A stretch of 64,000 bases of DNA from Lingula anatina. Taxonomy: Eukaryota > Animalia > Brachiopoda. Shown here piece after piece: positions 63,621 to 64,000 of this stretch (positions are counted from its first letter, which is position 1; every line of letters begins with the position of its first letter). The DNA lies in assembly GCA_051362555.1 (NCBI GenBank), contig CM120647.1, forward strand, positions 13,182,651 through 13,246,650, read 5' to 3'. Both the position numbers and the translations under genes were made by a program. A model generated the notes under the pieces. It had not been told where the DNA came from. It worked only from the letters and a program-made list of their open reading frames with translations, and ran no database searches.

Positions 63621-64000
63621 GTTAGTCAATTTGTGTAAACTTAAAGCCTCATTTTGAACTCAAGTGGATCTGTCAGACAATTTGTATTCTTAAAGATTGG
63701 GCAGATCATTGGACAAACTTACATCTCAGAATATTTCAAAGCCTTTCTTTGAAAAATCAATGAGTGAATTGAAAAAATCTTGGAAAGCTCTATGCCTCTT
63801 ACTAAGGAAATCTTATGCATGGTCTTTTTTCCTTATTATTCAAATTTCCTTTTTTTTTTTGACAAAATGATTAATATTTCCTTATTTAGTTAGAGTCATG
63901 TTGCAGTGGTTGCACACAGTTAAAATTTCATTGAATCTTTTAATTTTTCAAAGTTAAAAACACAAAACATAATGCTGCTCCCTCAAGTATGTAGATCTGT

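Overview
AT-rich, intron-rich animal genomic DNA. It is probably invertebrate and possibly lophotrochozoan, but the taxon cannot be fixed from the sequence. I reconstructed five spliced genes by hand: rpS8 (+, 6 coding exons), pumilio (+, 19 coding exons, ~1072 aa), a ZNF704/ZNF395/GLUT4EF-family C-clamp zinc finger (-), a signal-peptide-bearing cereblon-like CULT-domain gene (+) that is invisible in the ORF track, and ABHD13 (+, possibly running off the window). Non-coding RNAs: a SNORD46-like C/D snoRNA in an rpS8 intron and three 243-nt U17/snR30 (SNORA73)-like H/ACA RNAs in pumilio introns. Mobile DNA: a 323-bp miniature LTR retroelement whose LTRs contain a tRNA-like Pol III gene, several CAG..CTG hAT-type elements with unusual 5- and 6-bp target duplications (one with an internally inverted transposase), and piggyBac-, Helentron- and Harbinger/Zator-like MITEs. 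All exon boundaries and family assignments were read by eye and from memory of reference sequences; no searches were run.
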